This document shows, in pieces, positions 29,071-38,346 of a stretch of DNA of 64,000 bases. The DNA lies in assembly GCA_012840075.1 (NCBI GenBank), contig DUMC01000032.1, positions 126,365 to 190,364 on the forward strand. Reading direction: 5' to 3'. The position numbers and the translations under genes were made by a program. The notes under the pieces are model-generated. The model saw only the letters and a list, made by a program, of their open reading frames with translations, made no database searches and was not told where the DNA came from. Each line of letters begins with the position of its first letter. Positions within the stretch are counted from its first letter, which is position 1. The DNA comes from Clostridiaceae bacterium (GTDB lineage Bacteria; Bacillota; Clostridia; Acetivibrionales; DUMC01).

Positions 29071-30468
29071 ATGGCTAAAGTTAAAATTACAGAAACTGTA
29101 TTAAGAGATGCCCACCAATCTCTTATAGCCACGAGAATGACAACCGATGATATGTTGCCGATAATAGAAAAATTGGACAAAGTAGGTTATCATTCTCTTG
29201 AGTGCTGGGGTGGTGCTACTTTTGATGCATCTTTGAGATTTTTAAACGAGGATCCCTGGGATAGATTAAGAAAAATCAGGGCTGCTGCTAAAAATACAAA
29301 GCTTCAGATGTTACTAAGAGGACAGAATCTTCTTGGATATAAACATTATGCAGATGATGTAGTCGATTATTTTGTAGAAAAGGCTATTGATAATGGTATA
29401 GACATTATAAGGATTTTTGATGCTCTTAACGATATTCGCAACGTGGAAAGAGCCGTAAAAGCTTGTAAAAAAGCAGGGGGACACGCACAGGTAGCTTTAT
29501 CTTATACTATAAGCCCTGTTCATGATCTCGAGTATTTCGTTGAGCTTGGAAAACAGCTTGTAGACATGGGTGCAGATTCTTTATGTATTAAAGACATGGC
29601 AGGTTTGCTTTTACCATATGCTGCTTATGACCTTGTAAAAGCTCTTAAAGAAAATATCAACATTCCAATACAACTTCACACTCACTATACGAGCGGTGTA
29701 GCTTCAATGACTTATTTGAAAGCAATAGAGGCAGGTGTTGATGTAGTTGACTGCGCTATTTCGCCAATGGCAATGGGTACATCACAACCTTCTACAGAAC
29801 CGCTGGTAGCTACATTACAAGGTACACCCTACGATACAGGTTATGACCTGAATTTATTAACTGAAATTGCAGCTTACTTCAGGCCATTAAGAGAAAAATA
29901 CCTTACAAGCGGCTTATTGAGTACCAAAGTAATGGGTGTTGATGTTAATACTTTGAAATATCAGGTTCCGGGAGGAATGCTTTCCAATCTGGTATCCCAG
30001 CTTAAACAAGCTAATAAGGAAGATAAATTTGAAGAAGTTTTACAGGAAATACCTAGAGTACGCAAAGACTTCGGGTATCCGCCTCTGGTCACGCCAACAA
30101 GCCAAATTGTAGGTACTCAAGCAGTCATGAATGTAATAACAGGCGAGAGATATAAAATGGTACCAAAAGAATCCAAAGCACTAGTAAAGGGTGAATACGG
30201 AAAGACGCCTGCTCCTATTTCAAAAGAAATTCAAGATCTCATACTCAAAGGTGAAGAGCCTATTACCTGCAGACCGGCAGACCTTATTAAGCCGGAACTT
30301 GAAAGCATCAGAAACGAGATTAAGGAATACATTGAGCAAGATGAAGACGTATTGACTTATGCATTATTCCCGCAGGTTGCATTGAATTTTTTCAAATATC
30401 GTCAGGCACAGAAATATAAAATTGACAGCGGCCTTGTTGACTATGAGAACCAAACACATCCTATTTAA
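29071..30468 (+). CDS. oxaloacetate decarboxylase alpha / pyruvate carboxyltransferase 5S-type subunit (no biotin domain)
   Basis: ITETVLRDAHQS, KDMAG and HTHYTSG motifs of the pyruvate carboxyltransferase TIM barrel. 465 aa, with no C-terminal biotinyl domain. Confidence 0.9.
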   Translation: MAKVKITETVLRDAHQSLIATRMTTDDMLPIIEKLDKVGYHSLECWGGATFDASLRFLNEDPWDRLRKIRAAAKNTKLQMLLRGQNLLGYKHYADDVVDYFVEKAIDNGIDIIRIFDALNDIRNVERAVKACKKAGGHAQVALSYTISPVHDLEYFVELGKQLVDMGADSLCIKDMAGLLLPYAAYDLVKALKENINIPIQLHTHYTSGVASMTYLKAIEAGVDVVDCAISPMAMGTSQPSTEPLVATLQGTPYDTGYDLNLLTEIAAYFRPLREKYLTSGLLSTKVMGVDVNTLKYQVPGGMLSNLVSQLKQANKEDKFEEVLQEIPRVRKDFGYPPLVTPTSQIVGTQAVMNVITGERYKMVPKESKALVKGEYGKTPAPISKEIQDLILKGEEPITCRPADLIKPELESIRNEIKEYIEQDEDVLTYALFPQVALNFFKYRQAQKYKIDSGLVDYENQTHPI

Positions 30469-30554
30469 TGAATAGTGATTTGTATGGGCAGAATGAAAAT
30501 TTGATGAAAGTACTTTTATCTTAAAAATTAAAGGATTAGGTCGGATTATAACGT

Positions 30555-30636
30555 AAGTGAGAAGTGAAAGAAAGAGGTTTAAGTAGGATGTTTTCAATAA
30601 CTTTCCTCTTCTACTGCTTCTCACTTTTGTTTTTTA
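30555..30636 (+). terminator. long hairpin terminator after 5S gene
   Basis: AAGTGAGAAGTGAAAGAAAGAGG pairs with CCTCTTCTACTGCTTCTCACTT, followed by TTGTTTTTT. Confidence 0.8.
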
Positions 30637-30807
30637 TATACTTATTTATATAAATTTTTATCTAATTATTTAGATTTCTCATCTCATATTCAAAAATATT
30701 CCAAAATGATGAAAGTTTTTTGTGTTTTTAATAAAACTTTTCGTGTGCATAAAGCGAAAATAGTATATAATAATATCATCAAAAGTGGTTTAGGGTGGTG
30801 GATAAGA

Positions 30808-31704
30808 TTGAATAATAAACCATACGATTTACTTAAAGAAATACAGGATAAATACAATGAATTTAGTAAAGGTCAAAAACTCATCGCCGATTTTATTATA
30901 AATCATTATGATAAAGCTGCTTTCATGACGGCATCAAAACTTGGAGAAGAAGTAGGAGTAAGTGAATCCACAGCAGTTAGGTTTGCTACAAAACTGGGAC
31001 TTGATGGGTATCCTGAACTGCAAAGAATGTTACAGGATCTGATAAAAAGCAAACTGACTTCAGTTCAGAGAATAGCTGTTTCTTCCAGTAGAATCAGTCC
31101 TGATAATGTATTAAAAAGCGTACTTCAATCTGATATGGATAAAATAAAAAGCACTCTTGAACAGATTGATCTGGAAGAGTTTAATACTGTTGTCCAATGT
31201 ATCTTAGATGCCAGAAAAATTTATATTTTAGGCGTCAGAAGTTCTGCCGCTCTTGCTAGCTTTTTAGGTTTTTATTTCAACTTGATATTTGATAACGTAA
31301 GGTTGGTACATACTACCAGTGTAAGTGAGATGTTTGAACAAATAATCAGGGCCAGCAAAGGAGATGTTGTTATCGGCATAAGCTTTCCCAGGTATTCCAA
31401 GAGGACCATAAAAGCTATGGAATTTGCAATGAATAAAGGATGTACTGTAATAGCAATAACGGATAGTAAAAAATCACCCGTGGCTTTAAATTCTCATTAT
31501 TCGCTCATAGCTAAAAGTGATATGGCATCATTTGTAGATTCTTTAGTAGCACCGTTAAGTGTAATAAACGCATTAATTGTTGCTATTGGCAACAAAAAAG
31601 AAAAGGAAATATATCAAACATTTGAATACTTGGAAAAAATATGGGACGAATATCAAGTATACGAAAAAAATGATAATATAGGTATATCACCTAAGGACAT
31701 ATAA
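30808..31704 (+). CDS. MurR/RpiR family transcriptional regulator (HTH_6 + SIS)
   Basis: FSKGQKLIADFIINHYDKAAFMTASKLGEEVGVSESTAVRFA (HTH) plus a SIS domain. Start set at the TTG after GGGTGGTGG; the longer ORF starts at 30706. Confidence 0.85.
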   Translation: MNNKPYDLLKEIQDKYNEFSKGQKLIADFIINHYDKAAFMTASKLGEEVGVSESTAVRFATKLGLDGYPELQRMLQDLIKSKLTSVQRIAVSSSRISPDNVLKSVLQSDMDKIKSTLEQIDLEEFNTVVQCILDARKIYILGVRSSAALASFLGFYFNLIFDNVRLVHTTSVSEMFEQIIRASKGDVVIGISFPRYSKRTIKAMEFAMNKGCTVIAITDSKKSPVALNSHYSLIAKSDMASFVDSLVAPLSVINALIVAIGNKKEKEIYQTFEYLEKIWDEYQVYEKNDNIGISPKDI

Positions 31705-31834
31705 AATATACGAAATTTTTAACTGTTTTAGTTTCACTTGCTTAGAATCAATAAATCTTTTGATTAAAACCTGCTTTTTCGGTTACAATCATTATATATA
31801 ATATATAGCATAATATTCGGAGTGTTCCAACATA

Positions 31835-32353
31835 ATGAAGCGAAAAAGCCACAAAGCCGGGAAAATGTTAAAAACAACTAAGAAGAACAATATTTTAAAG
31901 AGCTTTGCCATGAGTATTAACATAGAAAAAATACTATTTACCGGCTTTTTTATATTTTTTTCACTTCTTTTGCTTACACAGGTTATGTTTACATTATTGG
32001 GACTTAAAGAAGGTTTAATTATCAATAGTAGAATAGAAGGTTTTCCCCTTGAAAAAGAAGAGTATTTATATAAAGAAGGAGAAATAACGCTTGAGTTGCG
32101 TTCAGAATATAGAAAAGAAGGTCATAAAGTTAAAATCCTGGTGAACGGAGAAGAAGCAGGAGATTTTTCTTTCGGACAACTATCTCTTAACGTAAAGCAC
32201 GGAGATATAATAGAGATTGATTCAACAAATGTGAATAGTAAAGTTCAGGTTACAATAAAAAAAACAAGTCCCAACATTATAAATGATGATTTTAGTAAAG
32301 AATTTGTTTTAAATGCAGAAGTAAAAAGAATTATAAAAGTAAAAATTCAATAA
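31835..32353 (+). CDS. hypothetical membrane-anchored protein
   Basis: Basic N-terminus, one TM (ILFTGFFIFFSLLLLTQVMFTLLGL), then a beta-rich C-domain. A putative promoter TTGATT-18-TACAAT lies at 31760-31789. Confidence 0.5.
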   Translation: MKRKSHKAGKMLKTTKKNNILKSFAMSINIEKILFTGFFIFFSLLLLTQVMFTLLGLKEGLIINSRIEGFPLEKEEYLYKEGEITLELRSEYRKEGHKVKILVNGEEAGDFSFGQLSLNVKHGDIIEIDSTNVNSKVQVTIKKTSPNIINDDFSKEFVLNAEVKRIIKVKIQ

Positions 32354-32450
32354 TTTTATTGTTTTTAAACTATTTATTTTATATAATAAAAAATAATGTT
32401 TTATGTTTATTTTAATAAATATAAATAAGTGAGGATGTAAAAAATATCCT

Positions 32451-32876
32451 ATGGAAAGTTCAAATAAACAGATTGGGAGCAAGGAAGTGGCAGCAGCAGC
32501 TATTAAGATTGCATTAACGACCGATAGAAGGGAAGAAAAACTCCTTCAACAAGAATATGCGAAAACGGGGATATTAACAGCTGCGGTTAATTATGGAGGA
32601 GAATTTGTTACTTCCGTTATGAAAATTGTTGAAAGGGCTGTTGTTTCTGCAAAGAGAGAAGGAGTAATCGGGGAAAGCCATAGAGAAGAAGGTGCAATTG
32701 CAGGTGCTACAAGAGAAGCATTATCCCAGATCATGCCGAAAGCATTGGGTTTGAATGTGGGTGGAAAGATAGGTATTGCAAGATATGATGATCATGTCGG
32801 GGTTGCTGTGTTTTTTGGCATTGGATTGTTGCACCTTAATGAAGTTTCAATTGGATTCGGTCATCGGGTAATTTAA
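32451..32876 (+). CDS. HutP-family protein
   Basis: Alignable by eye to B. subtilis HutP: SAKREGVIGESHREEGAIAGATREAL vs SKKSGVIQSEGYRESHALYHATMEAL, and C-terminal IGFGHRVI vs FGVGINHI. Confidence 0.65.
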   Translation: MESSNKQIGSKEVAAAAIKIALTTDRREEKLLQQEYAKTGILTAAVNYGGEFVTSVMKIVERAVVSAKREGVIGESHREEGAIAGATREALSQIMPKALGLNVGGKIGIARYDDHVGVAVFFGIGLLHLNEVSIGFGHRVI

Positions 32877-33058
32877 TCTAGTAAGATTTACCAATAGTTT
32901 AGTTTAAAATATTTATCATTATTTCAAAAAGATCGTCAATTTTATTTACTTCTCCATTGCAGAAGCTACAAGCTTGTACGATGGATGGGCTAATTTTTAT
33001 TAAAAAAAGTGTTACCGGTTAAAGTGATTACCGATTTATTGAAAGGATGAATGCTGAC

Positions 33059-33421
33059 ATGCCTGTTAGAGCTATAAGAGGTGCGACTACTGTTGAAAAA
33101 AATTCCGTGGAAGATATAATGCATGAAACCAAGAAATTGCTCATGGAAATTGTACAAGCTAATAATATCAACAAAGATGATATAATCAGCGTCATTTTTT
33201 CGGCTACCAAGGACATAAATGCGGCCTTTCCCGCTACAGCTGCAAGAGAAATGGGTTGGACGGACATTCCTCTTATGTGTACTAACGAAATGGATGTCCC
33301 GGGCAGTCTGGAAAAATGTATTCGCGTGATGATGCACATTAATACTGACAAATTAAACTCGCAGTTAAAACATATTTATTTAAAAGAAGCCAGGAAATTA
33401 AGACCTGATTTAGTAAAATAA
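33059..33421 (+). CDS. aroH: chorismate mutase, AroH class
   Basis: MPVRAIRGATTVEKNS...VIFSATKDINAAFPA is typical of AroH. Confidence 0.88.
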   Translation: MPVRAIRGATTVEKNSVEDIMHETKKLLMEIVQANNINKDDIISVIFSATKDINAAFPATAAREMGWTDIPLMCTNEMDVPGSLEKCIRVMMHINTDKLNSQLKHIYLKEARKLRPDLVK

Positions 33422-33439
33422 ACCGGAGGTTAACGTAAA

Positions 33440-34117
33440 ATGATCAGCATAGCAATAGACGGTCCTGCCGGAGCAGGGAAAAGTACAGTTGCAAAAGCCA
33501 TTTCGAAAAAACTTGGAATTATATATCTTGACACCGGCGCCATGTACAGAACGGTAGCGTTAAAAGCCATCAAAGAAAACGTAGACAGCCTGGACAGGGA
33601 GAAATTGTCTAATATTGTTAAGAATATAAATATGGAAATCCGTTTTATTGATAATCAGCAACATATGTTCCTTGACAATGAAGATGTAACTGAAAAGATT
33701 AGAACTCCTGAAGTTTCTATAGGTGCTTCCAATGTAGGAACAATACCTGAAGTAAGGCTGAAAATGGCAGAGCTTCAGAGGAAATTTGCAGAAAAACATA
33801 ATGTAGTAATGGAAGGTAGAGATATTGGGTCATTTGTATTACCAAATGCTACATTAAAGATCTTTCTTACGGCAACATTAGAAAAACGTGCGGAAAGAAG
33901 ATACAAAGAATTGATTGAAAAAGGCACTACCGGAATTTCCATGGAAGACGTGAAAAGAGACATTGAATACAGGGACAAAAATGACAGCAGCAGAAGTTTG
34001 GCACCTCTGATTAAAGCCCCTGATGCAATAGAAATTGAAACAACTAATTTGACAGTTGAAGAAGTTGTAGATAAAATTATATATAATATGTCACAGCGTA
34101 TAGCTTCATTTAAGTAA
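33440..34117 (+). CDS. cmk: cytidylate kinase
   Basis: IAIDGPAGAGKSTVAK...YLDTGAMYR. Confidence 0.95.
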   Translation: MISIAIDGPAGAGKSTVAKAISKKLGIIYLDTGAMYRTVALKAIKENVDSLDREKLSNIVKNINMEIRFIDNQQHMFLDNEDVTEKIRTPEVSIGASNVGTIPEVRLKMAELQRKFAEKHNVVMEGRDIGSFVLPNATLKIFLTATLEKRAERRYKELIEKGTTGISMEDVKRDIEYRDKNDSSRSLAPLIKAPDAIEIETTNLTVEEVVDKIIYNMSQRIASFK

Positions 34118-34228
34118 TCATAAGTTAAATTATATTAAAATATGCTTTTTTAATAAGAGAAAACAGCAAAATTACTATTTGCTTATGACGTGAAATGACA
34201 TAAAACAGATGATTTAGTAGGCGATGAT

Positions 34229-34819
34229 ATGGAAAAGATAGTTAGATTATTTATGTTATTTTTAGGAAAGTTTTTCTATAGACTTGAGGTTACAGGATTG
34301 GATAATATTCCGGAAAAGGGAGGGGTAATCCTCTGCTCTAATCACCCAGGGACTTTTGATATGTTTTTTATTGCTTGTAAAGTAAAAAGGTTAGTCCACT
34401 ACATGGCTAAGGAAGAATTGTTTAAAAATCCGATACTAGCATATATACTGAGCAAACTTGGCGCTTTTCCTGTAAAAAGGGGTACAGCTGATATAAATTC
34501 AATAAAGACTGCTTTAAAATTATTGAAGGAAGGAAAAATTTTAGGTATTTTACCGGAAGGCACAAGAACAGGTTTTAATACCAAAAGAAAAATAAGGCCC
34601 AAAGCAGGAGCGGCATTGATTGCAGTAAAAGCTAACGTACCAATAGTTCCTGCAGCAATTTCAGGTGACTATAGAAAACTGTTCAGTAAAGTAAAAGTAA
34701 AGTTTGGGAAGCCATTTTATATAAACAGTGAATCGGATAAAAAATATACAAAAGATGAACTTGAAAAAATTTCCATGAGTATTATGGACAAAGTATACTC
34801 GTTATTGGAGGAAGAATAA
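34229..34819 (+). CDS. plsC: 1-acyl-sn-glycerol-3-phosphate acyltransferase
   Basis: HX4D motif (NHPGTFD) and the PEGTR motif. Confidence 0.88.
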   Translation: MEKIVRLFMLFLGKFFYRLEVTGLDNIPEKGGVILCSNHPGTFDMFFIACKVKRLVHYMAKEELFKNPILAYILSKLGAFPVKRGTADINSIKTALKLLKEGKILGILPEGTRTGFNTKRKIRPKAGAALIAVKANVPIVPAAISGDYRKLFSKVKVKFGKPFYINSESDKKYTKDELEKISMSIMDKVYSLLEEE

Positions 34820-34821
34820 TT

Positions 34822-36936
34822 TTGGAAGTAATATTAGCCAAAAGTGCAGGTTTTTGTTTCGGAGTTAATAATGTTCTAAAGACTATATTTCAATTAATAG
34901 AAAAAAAAGAAAAACCGGTATATACGTTTGGGCCGGTAATTCATAACGAGCAAATGGTAAATTATCTTGAGGAGCAAGGCGTTGTAACTTTAAATGATAT
35001 TGATGAAATTGAAAAGATTAAAGATAATAATGTAAATCTGATTATCCGTGCCCATGGAATACCACCTTATGATTATAATAAGTTAAAAACTTATGGTAAT
35101 TTATCGGTAATAGACAGGACATGCCCTTATGTTCAAAAAATTCACAAGCTTGTTAGAAAAAAATATGAAGATGGGTATAAAATCATAATCACGGGGGATG
35201 CAAAACATCCTGAAGTGATAGGGATCAACGGTGAATGTGAGGATAATGCAATTATAATAGATAAACCGGAAGATATAGACAATATCGGTGAATTAAGCGG
35301 GAAAATATGTGTGGTATCACAAACTACGTTCAATCAAAATAAGTGGGAAAAACTTATTTCCATGTTGAAAGAAAAATGTAAAGATGCCGAGTTTTATAAT
35401 ACCATATGTAATTCAACAATCGTGAGGCAGAAGGAAGCTGAAGAGATTGCCAAAAAAGTAGATATGATGATAGTAATAGGAGGAAAGAACAGTTCTAATA
35501 CAAGTAAGCTTTATGAAATATGCAAGATGTATTGTAATGAAACTTACAAAATTGAAACAGTTGGTGAATTACCACCTATAAATATAAACAAAATAAAAAA
35601 AATAGGAATAACTGCTGGTGCTTCTACACCAGATTGGATTATCAAGGAGGTCTTACAAAAAATGGAAGAACTAAATAGGCAATCACAAACTCAAAACCAG
35701 ATGCAAGCCAATATTGAAAGCCAGGAGCCAGAACAGGAAATAAACTTTGCAGAGGCACTTGAAAGTTCCTTTATGAAAATAAATAGTGGTGAGATTGTTA
35801 AAGGAACTGTCTTCAAGATTAGCAACGAAGGTGTAATTGTTGATTTGGGAGGCAAATATGAAGGAACAATCCCTCCTGATGAGCTTTCTGATGACCCTTA
35901 TTATAACCCCAAAGAAAATCTTAAAGTGGGACAGGAAATTGAAGTTCTGGTTTTAAGAGTGAATGATTCAGAAGCAGATGTAATTTTATCTAAAAAGAGA
36001 GCCGATGTAATTAGAGGCTGGGATATCCTTGAAAAAGCTTTTGAAGATAAAACACCGGTAAGAGCCAGAGTTATGGAAATCGTCAATGGCGGAGTCATGG
36101 CTATAGCTTACGGTATAAAAATCTTTATACCTGCATCTCAGTTAAGCGACAGGTATGTTAAGAACTTAAATGAATATTTAAAACAGATAGTTACAATTAG
36201 AATTCTTGATTTCGACAGAAGAAAAAAGAAGATTGTAGGTTCCCAAAGAGTAATATTAGAAGAACAAAAAGAACTTCTGGCGAAAGAATTGTGGTCGTCA
36301 ATTGAAGTCGGCAAAGTATATAAAGGCAAGGTAAAAAGTTTTACTAATTACGGTGCTTTTGTAGATATAGGCGGAGTTGAAGGGTTGCTTCATATTTCGG
36401 AGATTTCATGGAAGAAAATCAAACATCCTTCAGAAGTGCTTAGAATCGGTGAAGAAATAGAAGTCAAAGTTTTGGATTTTGACAAGGAAAAGAAAAAAAT
36501 TTCCTTAGGTTATAAAAAACCTGCGGATGATCCTTGGAAAACCGTTGCACAAAAATATTATATTGGCGATGTAGTAAAGGGAAAGGTAGTGCGCATTGTT
36601 CCTTTCGGATGTTTCGTTCAATTTGATGAAGCATTAGACGGATTGGTTCATATATCACAAATATCAAATAAAAGAATTGCAAAACCTGAAGAAGTTTTAA
36701 TGGTTGGGCAAGAAGTAGCTGCAAAAATTATTGAGATGGATATTGAAAATAAAAGAATCGGTCTTAGTATTAAAGAAGTAAATCCAATAGACCCGGGTAC
36801 AAATACTGACGAGGCGGATAATTCTCAGCATGCATCAGGTGAAGAAGAAATACCGACGGAACATAAGGAAGAGCTATCGGGAACCATTGGAGAAGCATTG
36901 AAGGGAAAAATTGATTTAAAAAATATAGAAGAATAA
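34822..36936 (+). CDS. ispH: bifunctional 4-hydroxy-3-methylbut-2-enyl diphosphate reductase / ribosomal protein S1-like (IspH-S1 fusion)
   Basis: N-terminal ~280 aa is IspH/LytB (AKSAGFCFGV, CPYV, SSNT). The C-terminal part has four S1 repeats (GxVxxxxxxGxxVDLGG-type). Confidence 0.92.
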   Translation: MEVILAKSAGFCFGVNNVLKTIFQLIEKKEKPVYTFGPVIHNEQMVNYLEEQGVVTLNDIDEIEKIKDNNVNLIIRAHGIPPYDYNKLKTYGNLSVIDRTCPYVQKIHKLVRKKYEDGYKIIITGDAKHPEVIGINGECEDNAIIIDKPEDIDNIGELSGKICVVSQTTFNQNKWEKLISMLKEKCKDAEFYNTICNSTIVRQKEAEEIAKKVDMMIVIGGKNSSNTSKLYEICKMYCNETYKIETVGELPPININKIKKIGITAGASTPDWIIKEVLQKMEELNRQSQTQNQMQANIESQEPEQEINFAEALESSFMKINSGEIVKGTVFKISNEGVIVDLGGKYEGTIPPDELSDDPYYNPKENLKVGQEIEVLVLRVNDSEADVILSKKRADVIRGWDILEKAFEDKTPVRARVMEIVNGGVMAIAYGIKIFIPASQLSDRYVKNLNEYLKQIVTIRILDFDRRKKKIVGSQRVILEEQKELLAKELWSSIEVGKVYKGKVKSFTNYGAFVDIGGVEGLLHISEISWKKIKHPSEVLRIGEEIEVKVLDFDKEKKKISLGYKKPADDPWKTVAQKYYIGDVVKGKVVRIVPFGCFVQFDEALDGLVHISQISNKRIAKPEEVLMVGQEVAAKIIEMDIENKRIGLSIKEVNPIDPGTNTDEADNSQHASGEEEIPTEHKEELSGTIGEALKGKIDLKNIEE

Positions 36937-36974
36937 GTATAAAATATATTACATGTAAATAGCATTGGATATAC

Positions 36975-37028
36975 GTGGTATTAGACATAAGTAGTATTAG
37001 ATATGGGTATAAGTGATGTTAGATAATG
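36975..37028. repeat. tandem ~16-nt degenerate repeat (3 units)
   Basis: GTGGTATTAGACATAA, GTAGTATTAGATATGG, and a looser third unit containing GATGTTAGATAAT. Confidence 0.65.
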
Positions 37029-37194
37029 TTAATAATAACCTAATTAACTTAGATGAAATTAACTATTTAATATAAGATTAATATAAGAATAGACAGGTTT
37101 ATTGTAGCTAAGTTTATTTATACAGAATTTTAAAGACTTTAAACCTGTCTAAATTTATAAATAATATAAATTTTACGGGGAAATTGGGGGCAAA

Positions 37195-37962
37195 ATGGAT
37201 TATACGGCGTTTGTAAAAGAAATATATAAAATCACTAATATAGATCTTAACATGTATAAAGAAAAACAAATGAAAAGGCGGATAAACTCTCTTATTGCCA
37301 AAAATCATTATAAAGGTTATGAAGATTATCTCGAAGGTCTTAAAACGGATAAAGCTTTATTTAATGAATTTTTAGACTACATAACAATAAATGTATCGGA
37401 ATTCTATCGAAATCCCGAACAATGGGATATATTAGATCGGGAAATTCTACCTGATATATTGAAAAAAAATCCATCCCCAAAAATTTGGAGCGCTGCATGT
37501 TCAACAGGAGAAGAACCTTATACTTTGGTTATGATACTGAACAAGTATCTTCCGTTAAGCAAGATAAACATACTTGCAACGGATATTGATAAAAGAGCTT
37601 TGCAAATTGCCGAAACCGGAATTTATATAGAAAAAAGCCTGGAAAAGGTACCAAAAGAAAATTTATTAAAATATTTTACCAAGGAAAAAAACAATTACAA
37701 AATTAAAGATGAAATAAAAAAGGCAGTAACATTTAAGGTCCATAATCTGTTCAATGACCCGTATCCGCAAAATTGTGACCTTATTATCTGCCGTAATGTG
37801 CTTATTTATTTCACAGAAGAAGGTAAGGACATTGTGTACAGGAAAATCAGCGATGCTTTAAAAAAAGGAGGCATTCTTTTTGTGGGAAGTACGGAGCAGA
37901 TACTTACTCCTGCAAAATATGGCCTTTCATCAATAAGAACATTCTTTTACATCAAAAATTAA
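37195..37962 (+). CDS. cheR: chemotaxis protein-glutamate O-methyltransferase CheR
   Basis: FYRNPEQWD, IWSAACSTGEEPYT and CRNVLIYF motifs. Confidence 0.88.
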   Translation: MDYTAFVKEIYKITNIDLNMYKEKQMKRRINSLIAKNHYKGYEDYLEGLKTDKALFNEFLDYITINVSEFYRNPEQWDILDREILPDILKKNPSPKIWSAACSTGEEPYTLVMILNKYLPLSKINILATDIDKRALQIAETGIYIEKSLEKVPKENLLKYFTKEKNNYKIKDEIKKAVTFKVHNLFNDPYPQNCDLIICRNVLIYFTEEGKDIVYRKISDALKKGGILFVGSTEQILTPAKYGLSSIRTFFYIKN

Positions 37963-37980
37963 AATTTTTTATAAATACTA

Positions 37981-38009
37981 TTGAATTAAAGAATTTTTTG
38001 TTGTACAAT
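37981..38009 (+). promoter_or_regulatory. sigma-A-type promoter for tRNA-Leu
   Basis: TTGAAT, 17-nt spacer, TACAAT, 20 nt upstream of the tRNA. Confidence 0.65.
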
Positions 38010-38028
38010 AATTATTGCAATTTGATTT

Positions 38029-38115
38029 GCGGATATGGCGGAATTGGCAGACGCGCACGGTTCAGGTCCGTGTGAAAGCAATTTCATGCAGGTTCAAGTC
38101 CTGCTATCCGCACCA
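38029..38115 (+). tRNA. tRNA-Leu (anticodon CAG)
   Basis: Acceptor GCGGATA/TATCCGC, anticodon stem-loop CACGG-TTCAGGT-CCGTG, long variable arm, encoded CCA. Confidence 0.88.
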
Positions 38116-38143
38116 AAAGAATAAATATAAATAATTTAGAGAG

Positions 38144-38186
38144 AACACCTCGTTTTCAAGTAAGGGAACGAGGTGTTTATTTTTTA
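38144..38186 (+). terminator. rho-independent terminator after tRNA-Leu
   Basis: 11-bp stem AACACCTCGTT/AACGAGGTGTT followed by TATTTTTT. Confidence 0.85.
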
Positions 38187-38346
38187 TATTGTTATTTTAT
38201 AAGTTAACTATGATATTTTTTTAATCATATTTATCAACTCTGCTATAATTATTGAAGATTTTAGGTATTATTTTTAATATTTATGTATTATAATATCAAT
38301 GTATTTATAAAATATATCCAAAATAAGGTTGAAAATGGTGAAATCT

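Noticed and set aside
28941-29180. Minus-strand ORFs overlapping intergenic DNA (28941-29180, 30364-30624, 31792-32025, 37114-37308)
   Set aside because: They are short and AT-codon-biased, have no RBS, and overlap the starts or terminators of convincing plus-strand genes.
32877-33046. HutP-binding (NAG-N4)x3 arrays or a terminator/antiterminator downstream of the HutP-like gene; also the isolated 12-bp palindrome TACAAGCTTGTA at 32967-32978
   Set aside because: TAG/AAG triplets are present but not at the regular 7-nt period. No terminator hairpin follows. A single palindrome has no partner or supporting context.
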